64,000 nt of DNA, taken from Tubiluchus corallicola. Its lineage: Eukaryota; Animalia; Priapulida. Positions 61,348 to 64,000 of this stretch are shown here, piece by piece (position 1 is the stretch's first letter; each line of letters opens with the position of its first letter). Both the position numbers and the translations under genes were made by a program. The notes beneath the pieces are model-generated. The model was given only the letters and a program-made list of their open reading frames with translations. It did not search any database and was not told the DNA's origin. Where the stretch lies: positions 14,566-78,565 of the forward strand of contig JAQGDQ010000943.1 in NCBI GenBank assembly GCA_030141605.1. The letters are read 5' to 3'.

Positions 61348-63873
61348 TTTATTATTATTATCATCATCATTTCATGCATGTAGGTACCTTGTCTTTGCTA
61401 AGACATAAATGTTTCACGTGTTCGTTGTCTTTGACGAATCTCGGCTGGAACTCCGGAAGGAAGTACATTATTCTACATCCGGATTTCTTCAGACAGGTGG
61501 AAACCCAGTCAGCAGCTGCTTCTCCACAGTCACCTCCATGAGCTTCTGTGCGGTGGATTCTGAAACGGGACGTTGTATTTGTTACATGTGGGGCGACGAT
61601 GGCTGACTGGTTGGTTGGTTAGTTGACTAGTTGGTTGGTTGGTTCGTTGGTTGGTTGGTGATTGGTTGTTTGTTTGTTTGTTTATTTGTTGGTTGGTTGG
61701 TTGGTTGGTGGATAGTTGGCTGGTTGGTTGGCTGGCTGGCTGGTTGATTGGTTGTTTGTCTGTTTGCTTGTTTGTTCGTTGGTTGGTTGGCTGGTTGGTT
61801 GGTTAATTGATTGGTTGATTGTTGGTTGGTGGTTAGTTGGCTGGTTGGTTAGCCGATTGATTGGTTGGTTGGTGGTTGGTTGGTTAGTTGGTAGTTTGTT
61901 TGGTTGGTTGGGTGACTGGTGATTAGTTGGCTGGTTGTTGATTTGTTGGTTGGTTGGTTGGTTGGTTGGTTGGTTGGTTGGTTCGTTCGTTTGTTCTATT
62001 GTTGATTTTCATAGAAGATAAAAAGTAAGCTAATAATTCAGTTAATTGGTTGGTTAGTTAGTAGTTTGTTTTAGTATGATTGGTTTGTTCTGGTTACTTG
62101 ATTTGTATTGATACAATCCGCAATTTTGCAAATGTAATGGTAGTTGTAGTGCCACAGCTATATTGTTGAAGAAACTATAATCAGTAATTCACTACTTTTT
62201 GAGGCACTAGTTTGCAATTGTAAGTTCAATTTATTTTAAATATAATTTACTCCAACACTGCATTTGTATGAAATTTGTTAATTGCAACAATAAATATTGG
62301 AAGCAACTTGGAAATATGCAACAATAAATATTGGAAAGCACACTAACTATTAATTTCATATATTGTTACTTTATTCTTGTGACGTTGTCCTCCCCTGGGA
62401 AGTCCATGTGGATGGGAAGTTTCAGCGTTTCCATGTTTTCCGCGTTTAAGTGTAACTCGTTTGCGTGTACGCTGGTGACAATAGTCGCCAATTTTGGCAC
62501 TCGTCTTTGCGTGAGCATATTTCCCTTTTCATCCACAACTATCCAATGCCTGAAATATTTGGCAATACATAATGTAAAAAATACATACGTTAATGATAGA
62601 GCGGATAGTCATGTGCAGACCCGTCTGGGTTCCATACTCGCTCTGAGTAGTTATTTGCCTTATTTATATATACAAACATGGCCGAAACACCTCGGATGGT
62701 TCTATGGCTCATCTTAGGGTGATACTCTTGACAATGGATTAATCTCTAGTCACACCACAGACATCGCATAGATTATACCTTGGCTTTGAGTGCTAGATTG
62801 CGGCCTGTAGTGCGCCGAAGTTATATGAAAAAGAAACTTGTGACGTATAACAGGCCTGTAGATGATTTACACCCCTTACATGCACCCAGTACCGGATTAT
62901 CCTATAAGCTATCACAGGCTGCAGCCTAAGGCCCCTCCAGCTTTGGTAACATTTGGTAAAAAATCTGTTCTTCTACTACGATTGAGTTGAAAAATATGCT
63001 TATTTGGTTTGCGATAAATAGTAAAATAGTGGTATTTCTTAAAGAATATTTTTATTGCCAAAGAAAAGATAGTTTATCTAGTTTATTTAAAGAATTTGCA
63101 ATAAGTTTACTTTAAGCTATGTAAATGTCGCTAAAATATATTACGAGCAAAAAATACTCAAGACTGGTGCGAGCGAGTTAGAAGGTGGCTCCGTCTGAAG
63201 GCCCCATAGTTTCATTAGCAAGGAAGCCCCAAAAGGTCATCCGGTTCCTCCATGTACGCACTTTGCACTTCCAACATAAGCATGTTACCGATAATATCAA
63301 ATTTCTCAAAAAAATAATAATAGAGCGATAAAACATCACGACAGTTTTCAGTGAGCGATAACGATGCGCTACAAAGTAACTTACAAACTGATTAAAACGT
63401 TGAGTCTCTGACTAACTGACTGAGCCTGACTGGTTGACTGACCGACTGACCGACTGACTGACTGATTGACTGACTGACTGACTGACTGACTGACTGACTG
63501 ACTGACTGACTGACTGAATGAATGAATGAATGAATGAATGCGTGAATGCATGAATGAATGAATGAATAATTAATTAATTAATTAATTAATTAACTGAACT
63601 GACTGATTGACTAGACGACTAACTGAGTACAAGTTACCTGTCGTTTATGTTCTTGTACTGTAATCCAATTTCAAATGAGTCAGCTTCGGTGGCCTCTATT
63701 CCTCTGCACGACTTCACAGGATAAATGTAAATTTTTGTAACTTTCCCAACTTGCACGAATTCTTTCTTTCTCTTTGTCCATTGGCTGTACAGGTAACCCG
63801 CGACTAGCACCCCAGCTACGGTGCCTGCTAGCAGTCTTGCTCCACAGTTGCTACGACACGGCCACCAAGACAT
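58684..63873 (-). CDS. MTARC: Mitochondrial amidoxime-reducing component (mARC; MOSC_N + MOSC molybdoenzyme), spliced, 332 aa
   Basis: Minus-strand exons: 63873-63638, 62549-62370, 61559-61388, 60839-60696, 60454-60315, 58810-58684. Total 999 nt, all GT-AG, frame continuous. N-terminal hydrophobic anchor followed by basic residues, then IYPVKSC, DRHWIVV, DCGEAAADW, YRPNILV, CGRC (Mo-ligating Cys position) and IKVGDP. The sequence alone cannot assign it to MTARC1 or MTARC2. Confidence 0.93.
61043..61370. repeat. (ATTATC)n hexanucleotide microsatellite in mARC intron 3
   Basis: Direct reading. Confidence 0.97.
61606..62000. repeat. Degenerate (TTGG)n microsatellite in mARC intron 2
   Basis: Direct reading. 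Confidence 0.95.
62590..62832 (+). mobile_element. Degenerate SINE-like element related to 48687-48960
   Basis: B-box-like GGGTTCCATAC. The 3' part (TGACAATGG..CTAGTCACACCACAGACATC..TTTGAGTGCT) aligns with TGATAATGA..CCAGTCTTGCCACAAGCATC..TTTGAATGCT of the other copy. Confidence 0.45.
62887..63250 (+). mobile_element. hAT-like MITE, copy 2, in mARC intron 1
   Basis: Starts CAGTACCGGATTA and ends ATCCGGTTCCTC. The flanks CATGCACC / CATGTACG match at 6 of 8 positions (degenerate 8-bp TSD). Homologous to 48974-49374. Confidence 0.7.
63408..63625. repeat. Compound (ACTG)n-(AATG)n-(TAAT)n microsatellite in mARC intron 1
   Basis: Direct reading. Confidence 0.95.
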
Positions 63874-64000
63874 GTTACAGAGTCAGAAACAGCAGGTGAA
63901 GTTAATTTTTTACTTGTTTATTTACCTGCATATAAGAGTTACATTTATAAAAAATAAACTCTTTTAATACAATATTTGCAATAGGATGAGCAAAACCGAA

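Overview
AT-rich, intron-rich eukaryotic (animal, probably invertebrate) genomic DNA. Most ORF-track entries are exon fragments or translated repeats. Three spliced genes can be rebuilt by hand with consistent reading frames. (1) POLD1, the DNA polymerase delta catalytic subunit (+, 5'-truncated, 24 exons, 1..25475, one GC-AG intron). (2) EIF3C (+, 20 coding exons, 28546..46259, 918 aa). (3) A mARC/MOSC-family molybdoenzyme (-, 6 exons, 58684..63873, 332 aa). The most striking structure lies in EIF3C intron 5: a 4.05-kb inverted copy of the gene's own exons 4-9 (layout A-C'-B'-A'-C, with 9-bp and 5-bp junction microhomologies). It leaves the ORF intact but makes the pre-mRNA able to form 1.3-kb and 2.3-kb near-perfect duplexes. 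POLD1 intron 9 holds a precise head-to-tail dimer of a non-autonomous Helitron. The window also has a pogo/Tigger remnant, hAT- and Harbinger-like MITEs, tRNA-derived SINEs, and several mini- and microsatellites. I found no CRISPR array, rRNA gene or intact tRNA gene. All calls come from reading the sequence; no searches were run.
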